Shown: positions 10,637-19,655 of the stretch, piece by piece
Numbering within the stretch: the first letter of the stretch is position 1
Layout: every line of letters starts with the position of its first letter
Notes under the pieces: model-generated
The model's input: only the letters and a program-made list of their open reading frames with translations
The model's database searches: none
What the model was told of the DNA's origin: nothing
NCBI GenBank assembly: GCA_041659325.1
Contig: JBAZYN010000002.1
Span: forward strand, 270,082 to 334,081
Source of the DNA: Candidatus Shapirobacteria bacterium
Lineage (GTDB): Bacteria; Patescibacteriota; Microgenomatia; UBA12405
Reading direction: 5' to 3'
DNA: 64,000 bases
Program-made: the position numbers and the translations under genes

Positions 10637-11362
10637 GTGCAAAAGACGGTATTGCTAATTCACGGCTGGCCGCAGCCGGTTGAGGATAATGATTTAATAT
10701 GGCGGTATTTTACATGTAAAGGTTATAAGGTATATTGTCCGTATTTGTTTAAAACAGGCCGAAATTTTTCTTTGGTAGAAACGAGGAAAAGATTGATAGA
10801 GTGCCTTGAGGGGAAGTGCCCTGATGTGATAGTGGGTATTTCCATAGGAGGGTTGATTTTACCGGGTTTAGCAAAAGATTATCCGGAGGCGAAATTAATT
10901 TTTATAGCATCAGGAGTGTGCTTTTCTCCTGACCATTGGTTGGCGAAACATGGATTGAAATTGTGCGGACGGAAGATTGTAAAATTAGTGAAAATGATTG
11001 ATGAAAAATGGCTATTGCGGTTATACCGGTTTATTAATCCAAATAGATGTTGGGGTAGCGGGGTGGATCAGGCTAAAGAGGAATTGGAAGATAATTTGAA
11101 GAAGGTACTTGAATTGTCTGAAGACCGGATAGTTGAAGTATTAAACACAATCCGTAAGATTGATAACGCGGAATTGTTGGCTAAATTGGATAATAAGGCA
11201 GTTATATTTTCCGGGGATAAGGATACAATGATGCCCGTGGAACAGGGAGAGAAGTTAAACCTGTTAATGAAAAACAGCCGTTTTTTTATTTTGGGGGGGA
11301 GACACCATGATTTAATAGGTAGCCGGATGTTGAAGATTTTGGGTGATTTTTTGGAGTTTTAA
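10637..11362 (+). CDS. Alpha/beta-fold hydrolase
   Basis: LLIHGW…GISIGG fits the nucleophile elbow. Confidence 0.6.
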   Translation: MQKTVLLIHGWPQPVEDNDLIWRYFTCKGYKVYCPYLFKTGRNFSLVETRKRLIECLEGKCPDVIVGISIGGLILPGLAKDYPEAKLIFIASGVCFSPDHWLAKHGLKLCGRKIVKLVKMIDEKWLLRLYRFINPNRCWGSGVDQAKEELEDNLKKVLELSEDRIVEVLNTIRKIDNAELLAKLDNKAVIFSGDKDTMMPVEQGEKLNLLMKNSRFFILGGRHHDLIGSRMLKILGDFLEF

Positions 11363-11381
11363 AATGGGGGTAAAATAGATT

Positions 11382-11846
11382 ATGGTTTTGGGAATTGATC
11401 CGGGGTTGGCAAATACTGGTTGGGCAGTGTTAAAAGACGAAGAAACATTGGTGGAGTGTGGATGCCTGGTGACTAAAATCAGTGATGCCTCGGCAGTGAG
11501 GTTGGGGAAGATTTATAATGAAATTTTCCGATTGATAAAAAAATATAAGGTGGAAGAGGTGGCGCTGGAAACTTTATTTTTTGCCAAGAATGCCAAGTCA
11601 GCAACTAAGGTGTCAGAGGCAATTGGGGTGATTAAATTGTGTGGGGTTAGATGTGGTTTGGAGGTATTTGGATATACCCCCTTACAGGTAAAGATGGCAT
11701 TGGTGGGTTATGGCCGGGCAGAAAAGGAACAGGTGGAAATAATGGTTAGGCACTTTTTGAAACTGGAGAAAGCGGTGTCTCCTGCGCATGCTTCGGATGC
11801 GGTGGCGGTGGGGTTAACTCATTTGTTTACAAACAAAAGTTTGTAG
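11382..11846 (+). CDS. ruvC: Holliday junction resolvase RuvC
   Basis: VLGIDPGLANTGWAV is the RNase H-fold N-terminus. Gene order ruvC-ruvA-ruvB. Confidence 0.9.
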   Translation: MVLGIDPGLANTGWAVLKDEETLVECGCLVTKISDASAVRLGKIYNEIFRLIKKYKVEEVALETLFFAKNAKSATKVSEAIGVIKLCGVRCGLEVFGYTPLQVKMALVGYGRAEKEQVEIMVRHFLKLEKAVSPAHASDAVAVGLTHLFTNKSL

Positions 11847-11993
11847 TTTGCTTGTAATATAATTTTCTCGTGCTTCCGCCATAGGCGGACTCCGCTTTGC
11901 TTCGCACACCTTCGGGCTCTCTTCGTTCGCGTTCGCCGTGCGCTTGGAAGTTGTTATTTCACATCATGAAGTTTGGACAAGATATAATGGGGT

Positions 11994-12566
11994 ATGATTT
12001 CGAGCTTAAGGGGGAAAGTAAATAGGGTTTGGGGAGATAGTGTTGAAATGGATGTTAACGGAGTGGGGTATTTGGTTAAGATTGGGATGAGGTTAAGCCA
12101 AAATATACATGAGGGGGAGGAGAGGACGATTCAGACCTATATGGCAGTATCGGAAAATGATATAAGCCTTTACGGATTTGAAAACTGGGAAGAGGTGGAG
12201 CTTTTTAAAATGCTTATAACCGTGTCGGGGGTGGGGCCAAAAACTGCGGCGCAGATTGTGGGCCAGATAGAGTGTTTAAGCATTATTAAAGCTATTGGGG
12301 ATGCCGATGTGAACTTTTTTCAAAAAATTAAGGGAATCGGGAAAAAGACAGCACAAAGAATTATTGTGGATTTGAAATCGAAAATAGGAGGACTGGGGGA
12401 GTTGCAGTTAGATTCCGATTTACCGCTTTTGGAGGATGAATTGGTGATGAGTTTAAAACAGCTTGGCTTTGACAGAAGAGAGATTGAAAGGGTGACGAAG
12501 AAATTACCGATTGAATTGCAAAATATTGAGGATAAGTTATCGTGGTGTTTGAGAAATTTAGGATAA
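11994..12566 (+). CDS. ruvA: Holliday junction helicase subunit RuvA
   Basis: HhH motif LITVSGVGPKTAAQIV. Confidence 0.9.
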   Translation: MISSLRGKVNRVWGDSVEMDVNGVGYLVKIGMRLSQNIHEGEERTIQTYMAVSENDISLYGFENWEEVELFKMLITVSGVGPKTAAQIVGQIECLSIIKAIGDADVNFFQKIKGIGKKTAQRIIVDLKSKIGGLGELQLDSDLPLLEDELVMSLKQLGFDRREIERVTKKLPIELQNIEDKLSWCLRNLG

Positions 12567-12590
12567 AAGTTTTGGGTTATATTTGGTAAA

Positions 12591-13574
12591 ATGGGTAGTA
12601 AAAATATGAAGGTGCAAAAAGGTGAAGAATTAAATCCCCAACCAAAAAGTGATGAAAAAATTGTAGAGACAAACTTGCGGCCACAACGATTGGCGGAGTT
12701 TATTGGCCAGCCGAAATTAAAAGAGCAACTGTCGATATTTTTGCAGGCGGCGAAGGCCAGAGGGGAGAGCCTTGATCATATTTTGTTTTATGGGCCGCCG
12801 GGGTTGGGAAAGACAACTTTAGCCAATCTGTTGGCCAAAGAAATGGGGGCGAATATCAAGATTACTTCGGGACCGGCTTTAACCCGGGTGGGGGATTTGG
12901 CCTCAATTTTGACGGGGCTAAAGAAGGGGGATTTTTTGTTTATTGACGAGGTGCACAGATTAAACAAATTGGTCGAAGAGACTTTATATTCAGCGATGGA
13001 AGATTATGTTTTGGATATCGTGCTTGGTAAGGGGCCATCGGCTAAAACAGTAAGATTGAATTTGCAGAGGTTTACGATTGTGGGGGCAACAACCCGGATA
13101 GGTTTGATTTCGGGGCCAATGAGAGACAGGTTTGGGTATGTACAACAACTGGATTTTTATGAAGAAGATAATTTGACGGAAATAGTGGAGCGGACAGCCG
13201 GGGTGTTAAAGACAAAAATAGAATTGCCGGCGGCGGCCGAAATTGCCAGACGGGCGAGGGGGACACCACGGATAGCCAATCGGCTGCTGCGGAGAGTGAG
13301 GGATTATGCTCAGATTAACAACGATGGCTTGATAACGACTAAAGAAACCTGCGAGGCCTTGAAGATGTTGGGGGTGGATGAAATGGGATTGTCTGATGCA
13401 GACAGGAAGTATTTGGATGTGGTAAAGAGACAGTATGGGGGTGGGCCGGTGGGAGTGGAAAATATTGCGGCGGCCCTGACTGAAGATGTCGGGACGATTA
13501 CAGAAGTGTATGAACCATACTTAATGAAAAGGGGATTGGTGAAAAGGACTCCACGGGGAAGGGTGGTAGAGTAG
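12591..13574 (+). CDS. ruvB: Holliday junction helicase RuvB
   Basis: Walker A GPPGLGKTT and full-length similarity to RuvB. Confidence 0.92.
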   Translation: MGSKNMKVQKGEELNPQPKSDEKIVETNLRPQRLAEFIGQPKLKEQLSIFLQAAKARGESLDHILFYGPPGLGKTTLANLLAKEMGANIKITSGPALTRVGDLASILTGLKKGDFLFIDEVHRLNKLVEETLYSAMEDYVLDIVLGKGPSAKTVRLNLQRFTIVGATTRIGLISGPMRDRFGYVQQLDFYEEDNLTEIVERTAGVLKTKIELPAAAEIARRARGTPRIANRLLRRVRDYAQINNDGLITTKETCEALKMLGVDEMGLSDADRKYLDVVKRQYGGGPVGVENIAAALTEDVGTITEVYEPYLMKRGLVKRTPRGRVVE

Positions 13575-13613
13575 TTTCGCGGTTTTCCCCGAGGGGGCAT
13601 CGGGGGTGGGCTT

Positions 13614-13871
13614 TTATTCGGTTTGTATTCCCAATAGCCAGAGTACGGCTTCTTTGCGGTAGCGGCGATCGCCACGGGCGTTTATTCTTATGGCCGGAAG
13701 TTTGCCGCGTTTTCCCCAGCGTTTGATGGTTAGTTTGCTAACCCGGAGTAAGTCGGCAACTTCGGCGACTGTGAGAAGGTCGGGAAGATTGTCGATGCTG
13801 ACACCGTTGATCTTTTTCGGGGCGGGGTTTTGTTTCACAAGTTTCTCTTGTGATGTGGTTTGTTCATCCAT
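13614..13871 (-). CDS. Excisionase/AlpA-family helix-turn-helix DNA-binding protein
   Basis: LLTVAEVADLLRVSKLTIKRW…KLPAIRI matches the Xis-type HTH consensus. No integrase is nearby. Confidence 0.55.
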   Translation of the reverse strand: MDEQTTSQEKLVKQNPAPKKINGVSIDNLPDLLTVAEVADLLRVSKLTIKRWGKRGKLPAIRINARGDRRYRKEAVLWLLGIQTE

Positions 13872-13948
13872 ATGGTGGCTCCTCTTGCATCAAAATAATC
13901 AATAACTGATAACAGTAAAACATATTGGATATTTGTGTGTCAAGAAGT

Positions 13949-13988
13949 TGGTAATCGGTAACTGGTAATTGGTAATTGGTAATCAGTA
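13949..13988. repeat. GGTAATTG-type octamer tandem array
   Basis: ggtaatcggtaactggtaattggtaattggtaatcagtaag. Similar arrays sit at ~7606, 51227 and 59525, with a CTGTAAAC variant at ~46582. Confidence 0.75.
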
Positions 13989-14100
13989 AGAATAGGTGAA
14001 AAGGAAATTGGAGAGTCTAAAAGTCGAAAGTCTTAAAGTCCAAAAGTCTCAAGGTCTGAAAGGAGAAAGCCGGAAAGGGGAAATTTTGGTATTATTGTTT

Positions 14101-15117
14101 ATGACTGAAGATAAACAGTACAAAATTGCGTTTTTTGGGGTAAAGAGTTGGGAGAAGGAGGTTATCGAAAAACAGATTATAAAGTTGGATACCTTTGGGG
14201 TGGGAATATTTAGAGGGGAGGTTCAGGATAATATAGATCTGGCAGCAAAGTATGATATTTTGTCTCTGTCAGTGAATTCAAAGCTGACGGGAGAAGTGTT
14301 GGCGAAATTGCCTAAGCTAAAACTGGTGACGACGAGATCCACCGGGAAAGATCACATTGATGGCAGGGAGTGTTTGGAAAGAAAAATTGCGGTGGTAAAT
14401 GTGCCAACGTACGGGTCCGGGACAGTGGCGGAGTATGCGATGGGGTTGTTGCTGGCGGTAACCAAAAGAATTGTAGTGGCGCATCAGTCGGTGGAAGAGG
14501 GAACCTTTAATACCGAGGGGTTGACGGGAGTGGATTTGACGGGAAAGACCATAGGGGTGATAGGTGTCGGATCTATAGGGCAAAATGTGATACACATCGC
14601 CAGGGGCTTTAGAATGAAGGTCTTGGGGGTGGACCGCAAGCGTGATCCCAAATTAGCAAAAAGGATGGGGTTTAGGTACGTCGATTTGGAAAGTTGTCTG
14701 AAACAGGCTGATTTTGTAACCATTCATGTGCCGTTTGTGCCGGAGACTTTTCACATGATTAATAAGAAAAACATTAAGCTTTTAAAAACAGGGAGCTTTT
14801 TGATAAACGTTTCAAGGGGGCCGGTGGTAGAGATTGAGTCGCTAGTGTGGGCTTTGAACAACAAAATATTGGCCGGGGTGGGATTGGATGTAACCGAGGA
14901 AGAGCGTTTGGTCGATAAGGTATCAACAGTGATGGGGGACAAGATAAGCAAGGATGATCTGAAGGAAATTGTCAGCTTTCATTTGTTGAGGGACAGAGAC
15001 GATGTGGTGTTTACCCCGCATAATGCGTTTAACACCAAAGAAGCAATCGAGCGGATTGTGACGGCGACGGTGGAGAGTATAGGAAACTATATAAAGTCTG
15101 AGAGTCGAAAGTCTTAA
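14101..15117 (+). CDS. D-isomer-specific 2-hydroxyacid dehydrogenase (NAD-binding)
   Basis: GKTIGVIGVGSIGQ Rossmann motif and family-wide similarity. The ORF-track start (13996) begins inside an AAGTCTNA repeat array; internal Met at 14101 is preferred. The C-terminal tail is also repeat-derived. Confidence 0.75.
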   Translation: MTEDKQYKIAFFGVKSWEKEVIEKQIIKLDTFGVGIFRGEVQDNIDLAAKYDILSLSVNSKLTGEVLAKLPKLKLVTTRSTGKDHIDGRECLERKIAVVNVPTYGSGTVAEYAMGLLLAVTKRIVVAHQSVEEGTFNTEGLTGVDLTGKTIGVIGVGSIGQNVIHIARGFRMKVLGVDRKRDPKLAKRMGFRYVDLESCLKQADFVTIHVPFVPETFHMINKKNIKLLKTGSFLINVSRGPVVEIESLVWALNNKILAGVGLDVTEEERLVDKVSTVMGDKISKDDLKEIVSFHLLRDRDDVVFTPHNAFNTKEAIERIVTATVESIGNYIKSESRKS

Positions 15118-15183
15118 AGTCTGAAAGTAAAAATATTTAAATTATTTTAAAGTCGAAAGTCTTAAAGTCTGAAAGTCTGAAGC
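15094..15183. repeat. AAGTCTNA octamer tandem arrays (two blocks) upstream of the four-helix-bundle gene
   Basis: agtctgagagtcgaaagtcttaaagtctgaaag … agtcgaaagtcttaaagtctgaaagtctgaag. Confidence 0.8.
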
Positions 15184-15187
15184 AAAA

Positions 15188-15553
15188 ATGAAAATAGAAA
15201 GATTTGAAGACAGTTTGGTTTGGAAAAAATCGAGAGATTTGACATTGGGAATATATAAAAACCTGAAAGATTGTCGGGATTTTTCTTTTAGAGATCAAAT
15301 TTGTCGAGCATCAGTGTCAATTATGAATAATATCGCCGAAGGTTTTGAAAAAGGAACAGACAAAGATCTAGCTAAATTCTTATTTATTGCTAAAGGTTCT
15401 TCGGGGGAAACAAGGTCAATGTTATACTTGGCAAGAGATTTGAAATATTTGGATGACAATAGATTTAAATTGCTGTATCAAAGTTCGATAGAAATATCAA
15501 AAATGTTGTGGGGTTTTATTAAAAGTTTAAAAATAAAGGAAACAAGTCTTTAA
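15188..15553 (+). CDS. Four-helix-bundle protein (23S rRNA intervening-sequence protein family)
   Basis: SIMNNIAEGF…KGSSGETRSML is the signature of the IVS four-helix-bundle family. The gene is flanked by inverted AAGTCTNA arrays. Confidence 0.7.
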   Translation: MKIERFEDSLVWKKSRDLTLGIYKNLKDCRDFSFRDQICRASVSIMNNIAEGFEKGTDKDLAKFLFIAKGSSGETRSMLYLARDLKYLDDNRFKLLYQSSIEISKMLWGFIKSLKIKETSL

Positions 15554-15589
15554 GACTTTTAGACTTTGAGACTTTTAGACTTTAAGACT
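15547..15589. repeat. Inverted AAGTCTNA array (TNAGACTT orientation) downstream of the four-helix-bundle gene
   Basis: ctttaagacttttagactttgagacttttagactttaagact. Confidence 0.8.
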
Positions 15590-15594
15590 AAATT

Positions 15595-16659
15595 ATGAAG
15601 CCAGTAATAATTTGTGGTGGAGTTGGTTCTAAAATGTGGCCGGAGAGCCGGCAAAAAAGCCCGAAACATTTTTTAAAGCTGATCGGGGAAAAGTCGTTGT
15701 TCCAACTTAATTATGAAACTTTGAGGAAGAAGTTTGAGCCGGAAGAGATATTTTTGCAAACAAATGCTCAACAGGCAATAATAGCCAAAGAACAGGAACC
15801 GGAGATACCCGAAGATAATATTTTTATAGAACCGGAGATGAGAAACCACGGCCCAGCCACCGGTTTGGCGGCGGCGATGTTGTTTAAACGGGGATTTCAA
15901 GATGAGCCATTTATGTTGGTGCAGGCTGATGTGTTACGGGAACCGGAAGAGAAATTTTTTGAGATGATCGATCAGTGTGATCGGCTGGTAAGAAAAGAAG
16001 GAAAGTTGGTGACCGGCGGATACAGGCCGCCTTATGCAATGATGGGAGTGGATTATTTGATAAGGGGAGAGAGAGTGCCTGATACCGGAGAGGTGGTGAT
16101 TTGGCGGATGGAAAAATGGCTAGGAAGGGATGCAAAAGAAAGCGTGGAGGGATTTTTGAAGGACGGGAGGGCACTTTTGCACAGCAACCATTATTGTTGG
16201 ACGCCGAGGTCGTGGATGGAGTCGTTTAAAAAACATACCGAAGTTGACTGGTATCAACCGCTGCAAAATATAATAAACGGATCAGCGGTGGCAGAAGAAT
16301 ATCCGAAAATGATGAAAGGACCGATTGAGCTTGTAACAAATACAGAGCTTTTAGAAGGCCAGGTAGTAGAACATGATTTTAAATGGATTGATTTTGGAAC
16401 ATGGGAGTCGGTGGCAGTGTATCTTAATAGTCGAAAGTCTGAAAGTCTGAAAGTCGAAAGTAGGGATATGCAAGAAATTGAGGCAAAAAATAATTTTGTC
16501 CGCAAGCCGGCGGGGAAATATGTGGCTATGATTGGGGTGGAGGATTTGGTGGTAATAGACACAGCAGACGCGCTTTTGATTATGAAGAGAGACAAAAGCG
16601 GGATGGTGGGGCAGGTGGTGGATAAATTAAAGGCTGATAACCGAATCGAGTTACTTTAG
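15595..16659 (+). CDS. manC: Mannose-1-phosphate guanylyltransferase (GDP-mannose pyrophosphorylase)
   Basis: IICGGVGSKMWP nucleotidyltransferase motif and family-wide similarity. In-frame microrepeat insertion NSRKSESLKVESR. Confidence 0.7.
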   Translation: MKPVIICGGVGSKMWPESRQKSPKHFLKLIGEKSLFQLNYETLRKKFEPEEIFLQTNAQQAIIAKEQEPEIPEDNIFIEPEMRNHGPATGLAAAMLFKRGFQDEPFMLVQADVLREPEEKFFEMIDQCDRLVRKEGKLVTGGYRPPYAMMGVDYLIRGERVPDTGEVVIWRMEKWLGRDAKESVEGFLKDGRALLHSNHYCWTPRSWMESFKKHTEVDWYQPLQNIINGSAVAEEYPKMMKGPIELVTNTELLEGQVVEHDFKWIDFGTWESVAVYLNSRKSESLKVESRDMQEIEAKNNFVRKPAGKYVAMIGVEDLVVIDTADALLIMKRDKSGMVGQVVDKLKADNRIELL

Positions 16660-16749
16660 GAAGTTGAGGGGTAAAAAACAACTCTATTATAGACCTGTCG
16701 GGAAAGAAATGGGTTGAATTGGTGGGTAGGGAATATGTAGAATGGGAGA

Positions 16750-18384
16750 ATGAAATATATTTTTATTTCCGGCGGGGTGGTGTCCGGATTGGGAAAAGGA
16801 ATCACGGCAGCATCGATTGGGCTACTGCTAGAGTCTCGGGGTTATGTTGTAACCAATGTCAAAATTGACATGTATCTGAATATTGATGCGGGAACAATTC
16901 GCCCGCAAGAGCATGGAGAGGTGTTTGTGTGTGATGACGGGATAGAAACAGACCAGGATTTGGGGAATTATGAAAGATTTTTGGGAAAATCTCTCCGACG
17001 GGAAAATTATATGACAACCGGGCAGGTTTACTGGACAGTCATAGCCAAAGAGCGGGCAATGGAATACAAAGGTGAGGACGTGGAGGCGATTCCTCATTTG
17101 ACGGATGAAATAAGCAGGAGAATAAAGACAGCCGGAAAAGTAAACGGGGCGGAGATTGTAGTGGTGGAGTTGGGGGGAACAGTTGGGGAATACCAAAATG
17201 GAATATTTTATGAGGCTAGCCGGATTATGAAGCTGCAACAGCCGAAAGATGTAATTCAAATTCATGTGTCATATTTACCGGTTATCAAGAGCTTGGGGGA
17301 ATTAAAGAGTAAGCCGGCCCAACAATCGGTTCATTTGCTAAATTCGATGGGGATTATGCCTGATTTTTTGGTAGCTAGGAGTGAAAAAGAAATCGACCAG
17401 AAACGACGGGAAAGATTGGCGATGTTTTGTAATATGAATGATGGAGATATCATTGTAAATCCGGATTTAGATAATATCTATGAAGTACCGATATTTTTAG
17501 AGAAACAAAAGTTTTCGGATAAGATTATTAAGAAATTACATTTGAGAAAGAAGAATAAAAATAATAAGTTATCGGAGTGGAAAAAATTTGTAGAAAAATT
17601 AAAAAATCCGAGGGAAGAGGTTAAAATCGCGATGGTGGGGAAATATTTTGCCACCGGAGATTTTAAGTTAAATGATTCGTATTTATGTGTGTTGGAGGCC
17701 CTAAAACATGCGGGTGCAGTGGCCGGGGTAAAGGTGGTGGTGGAAGCGATAAATGCGGAGGATATTGAGGAAGTCGGAGCAGAAAAGAGACTTGAGGGTT
17801 ACGGTGGGATTATTGTTCCCCAGGGGTGGGGGTTACGGGGGGTAGAGGGCAAAGTCAAGGCGGTGGAATATGCCCGAAAAAATAAAATACCATATTTGGG
17901 ATTGTGTTTTGGAATGCAGATGGCAGTGATTGAGTATGCGAGAAATGTGTTGGGGCTGAAAGATGCGAACTCTGAGGAAGTAAACCCGAAAACTAAATAT
18001 CCGGTGATTCATGTAATGCCCGATCAAAAAGAATATCTGGAGAAACACCAGTATGGAGGAACAATCAGACTAGGGGCGTGGCCGTGTAAAATTAATGAGG
18101 GGACTTTGTTGGAGAAAATATATGGAGATAATTTGGTAAAAGAACGCCATCGGCATCGATATGAATTTAATAACGAATTCAGAGAGAAGTTGGAAAAGGC
18201 GGGGATGGTGATTTCGGGAACCAGCCCGGATGGGAAACTAGTGGAAGCAGTGGAGCTAAAAAATCACCCGTTTTTTGTGGGAACACAGTTTCATCCGGAG
18301 TATAAGTCGAGACCGCTTGAACCGCATCCGATATTTGTGGAATTTATAAAGGCTGTTTGTGATTTACCAAAAATCCCCCGGTAA
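16750..18384 (+). CDS. pyrG: CTP synthase
   Basis: N-terminal synthetase domain (KYIFISGGVVSGLGKG). C-terminal glutamine amidotransferase domain with GLCFGMQ and HPE motifs. Confidence 0.95.
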   Translation: MKYIFISGGVVSGLGKGITAASIGLLLESRGYVVTNVKIDMYLNIDAGTIRPQEHGEVFVCDDGIETDQDLGNYERFLGKSLRRENYMTTGQVYWTVIAKERAMEYKGEDVEAIPHLTDEISRRIKTAGKVNGAEIVVVELGGTVGEYQNGIFYEASRIMKLQQPKDVIQIHVSYLPVIKSLGELKSKPAQQSVHLLNSMGIMPDFLVARSEKEIDQKRRERLAMFCNMNDGDIIVNPDLDNIYEVPIFLEKQKFSDKIIKKLHLRKKNKNNKLSEWKKFVEKLKNPREEVKIAMVGKYFATGDFKLNDSYLCVLEALKHAGAVAGVKVVVEAINAEDIEEVGAEKRLEGYGGIIVPQGWGLRGVEGKVKAVEYARKNKIPYLGLCFGMQMAVIEYARNVLGLKDANSEEVNPKTKYPVIHVMPDQKEYLEKHQYGGTIRLGAWPCKINEGTLLEKIYGDNLVKERHRHRYEFNNEFREKLEKAGMVISGTSPDGKLVEAVELKNHPFFVGTQFHPEYKSRPLEPHPIFVEFIKAVCDLPKIPR

Positions 18385-18400
18385 GGGGGGATTTTTATAT
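18370..18400. terminator. Bidirectional intrinsic terminator between convergent pyrG and rplL
   Basis: aaaaaTCCCCCggtaaGGGGGGAttttta: GC stem with an A-tract upstream and a T-tract downstream. Confidence 0.5.
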
Positions 18401-18470
18401 TAAAACAAGATTGCCACGTTCGGCGGGGCCGAACTTCCGCTAAAGGCGGACAAGCGCAATGACGATTATT

Positions 18471-18878
18471 TTACTTAAGTTCTACTGTTGCTCCAGCGGC
18501 TTCGAGTTTGGTCTTGGCTTCGTTGGCAGCATCTTTTTTCATGGTGCCAAGATTGGCCGGACAGGCGTCAACCATGTCTTTGGCTTCTTTAAGACCGAGT
18601 TCCGGTTTGAATTCACGAACGGCTTTGATGACGGCGATCTTGTTGGTACCGGCGCTGGTGATGGTGACATCAAATTCGGTTTTTTCCTCAGCGGCGGGGG
18701 CAGCGGCTTCTCCGGCAGCGACAGCACCGGCAGACGGGGCAGCGACAGCAGCAACGGCTTTGACGTCGAATTTAACTTCCAGGGCTTTAACAAGCTCGGA
18801 AAGCTCGATAACTGATAATTCGGATACAGAATCGATTACTTTCTGTAATTTTGCGGAAACTTTTGTTTCTTCTGACAT
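18471..18878 (-). CDS. rplL: 50S ribosomal protein L7/L12
   Basis: Ala-rich hinge and C-terminal domain (…[11 protein letters not shown]…LKEAKDMVD…). Confidence 0.92.
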   Translation of the reverse strand: MSEETKVSAKLQKVIDSVSELSVIELSELVKALEVKFDVKAVAAVAAPSAGAVAAGEAAAPAAEEKTEFDVTITSAGTNKIAVIKAVREFKPELGLKEAKDMVDACPANLGTMKKDAANEAKTKLEAAGATVELK

Positions 18879-18975
18879 AATTTTTTTATTAATTTTTAAT
18901 TATTAATTGTTTTATTTAAACCCCTCTTTTGGTTCTCCCCTTGACAGGGGAGAAAAGAAGATAGCTCCCGCCCTG

Positions 18976-19506
18976 TCAAGGGAGGGTGGGGGAGGGTTTG
19001 TTTTTTTCGGAAATGGCCTTGAGGGTCATAACGAACTGGGTTTGGTTAAAGCGGAGAGCGTAAACCAAACGTTGTAAAGGATTGATCAGGCTGCCAACAA
19101 GATTGGACATGAGGGCTGATTTGCTGGGGAGAGTTAATAGCTTTTTGAGCTCGTCGACGGTTAATAATTTTTTGTCGTAGATACCATATTTGAATTGGGT
19201 CAATTCCTTTTCTTTGTTGACTTTTTCAATTTCTTTGAGAGGAGCGATTTCATCGGTATTGCAAAAGGCGATGGAGGTCGGACCGGTGAGGGGAGCGGGA
19301 AGATTGATACCGAATTTGATAAGGGCTCTGATGATCAGAGTGTTTTTGGCTACTTCCATGACTCCACCTTTTTGTTTAACCTGGTCGCGAAGGGCTGCGA
19401 TGCCGGCAGCATTTAGTCCCTGATATTGGACCAGGGCAGCTGATTTGGCTGATTCCAATTTTTTTGCCAAGTCTTCGACCTGGTTGATTTTTTGTTGGTT
19501 TGGCAT
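18976..19506 (-). CDS. rplJ: 50S ribosomal protein L10
   Basis: Similarity to L10 and its position upstream of rplL. Start taken at MPNQQK; the ORF track extends 13 codons further to 19545. Confidence 0.85.
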   Translation of the reverse strand: MPNQQKINQVEDLAKKLESAKSAALVQYQGLNAAGIAALRDQVKQKGGVMEVAKNTLIIRALIKFGINLPAPLTGPTSIAFCNTDEIAPLKEIEKVNKEKELTQFKYGIYDKKLLTVDELKKLLTLPSKSALMSNLVGSLINPLQRLVYALRFNQTQFVMTLKAISEKNKPSPTLP

Positions 19507-19655
19507 AGTTTTTAAATAATAATGGCCTCGAAGGTCGAGGCGCAAAAAATATAAAAACTATATTTTGCCTCGGTGGGATTTATTTTTGTACCCACTGTCT
19601 TCGGTTTAGTAGAGTATTGTATCACATAATAATAGGGCCGTGATAGGATGAAATA

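Noticed and set aside
15094-16463. Possible CRISPR array, considered because of the regularly repeated AAGTCT units
   Set aside because: The period is only ~8 nt, with no unique spacers and no cas genes. Units are degenerate and occur inside ORFs. They are classified as microsatellite-like tandem repeats.
18508-18906. Plus-strand ORFs antisense to rplL (132 aa and 118 aa), and similar antisense ORFs over rplK/nusG (30421..30981, 31314..31574)
   Set aside because: They are shadow ORFs inside well-supported ribosomal protein and NusG genes, with low-complexity translations.
19528-19548. Hairpin GGCCTCGAAGGTCGAGGC just upstream of the rplJ start, considered as terminator or L10 leader
   Set aside because: It is not followed by a U-tract on either strand and its function cannot be assigned from sequence alone.
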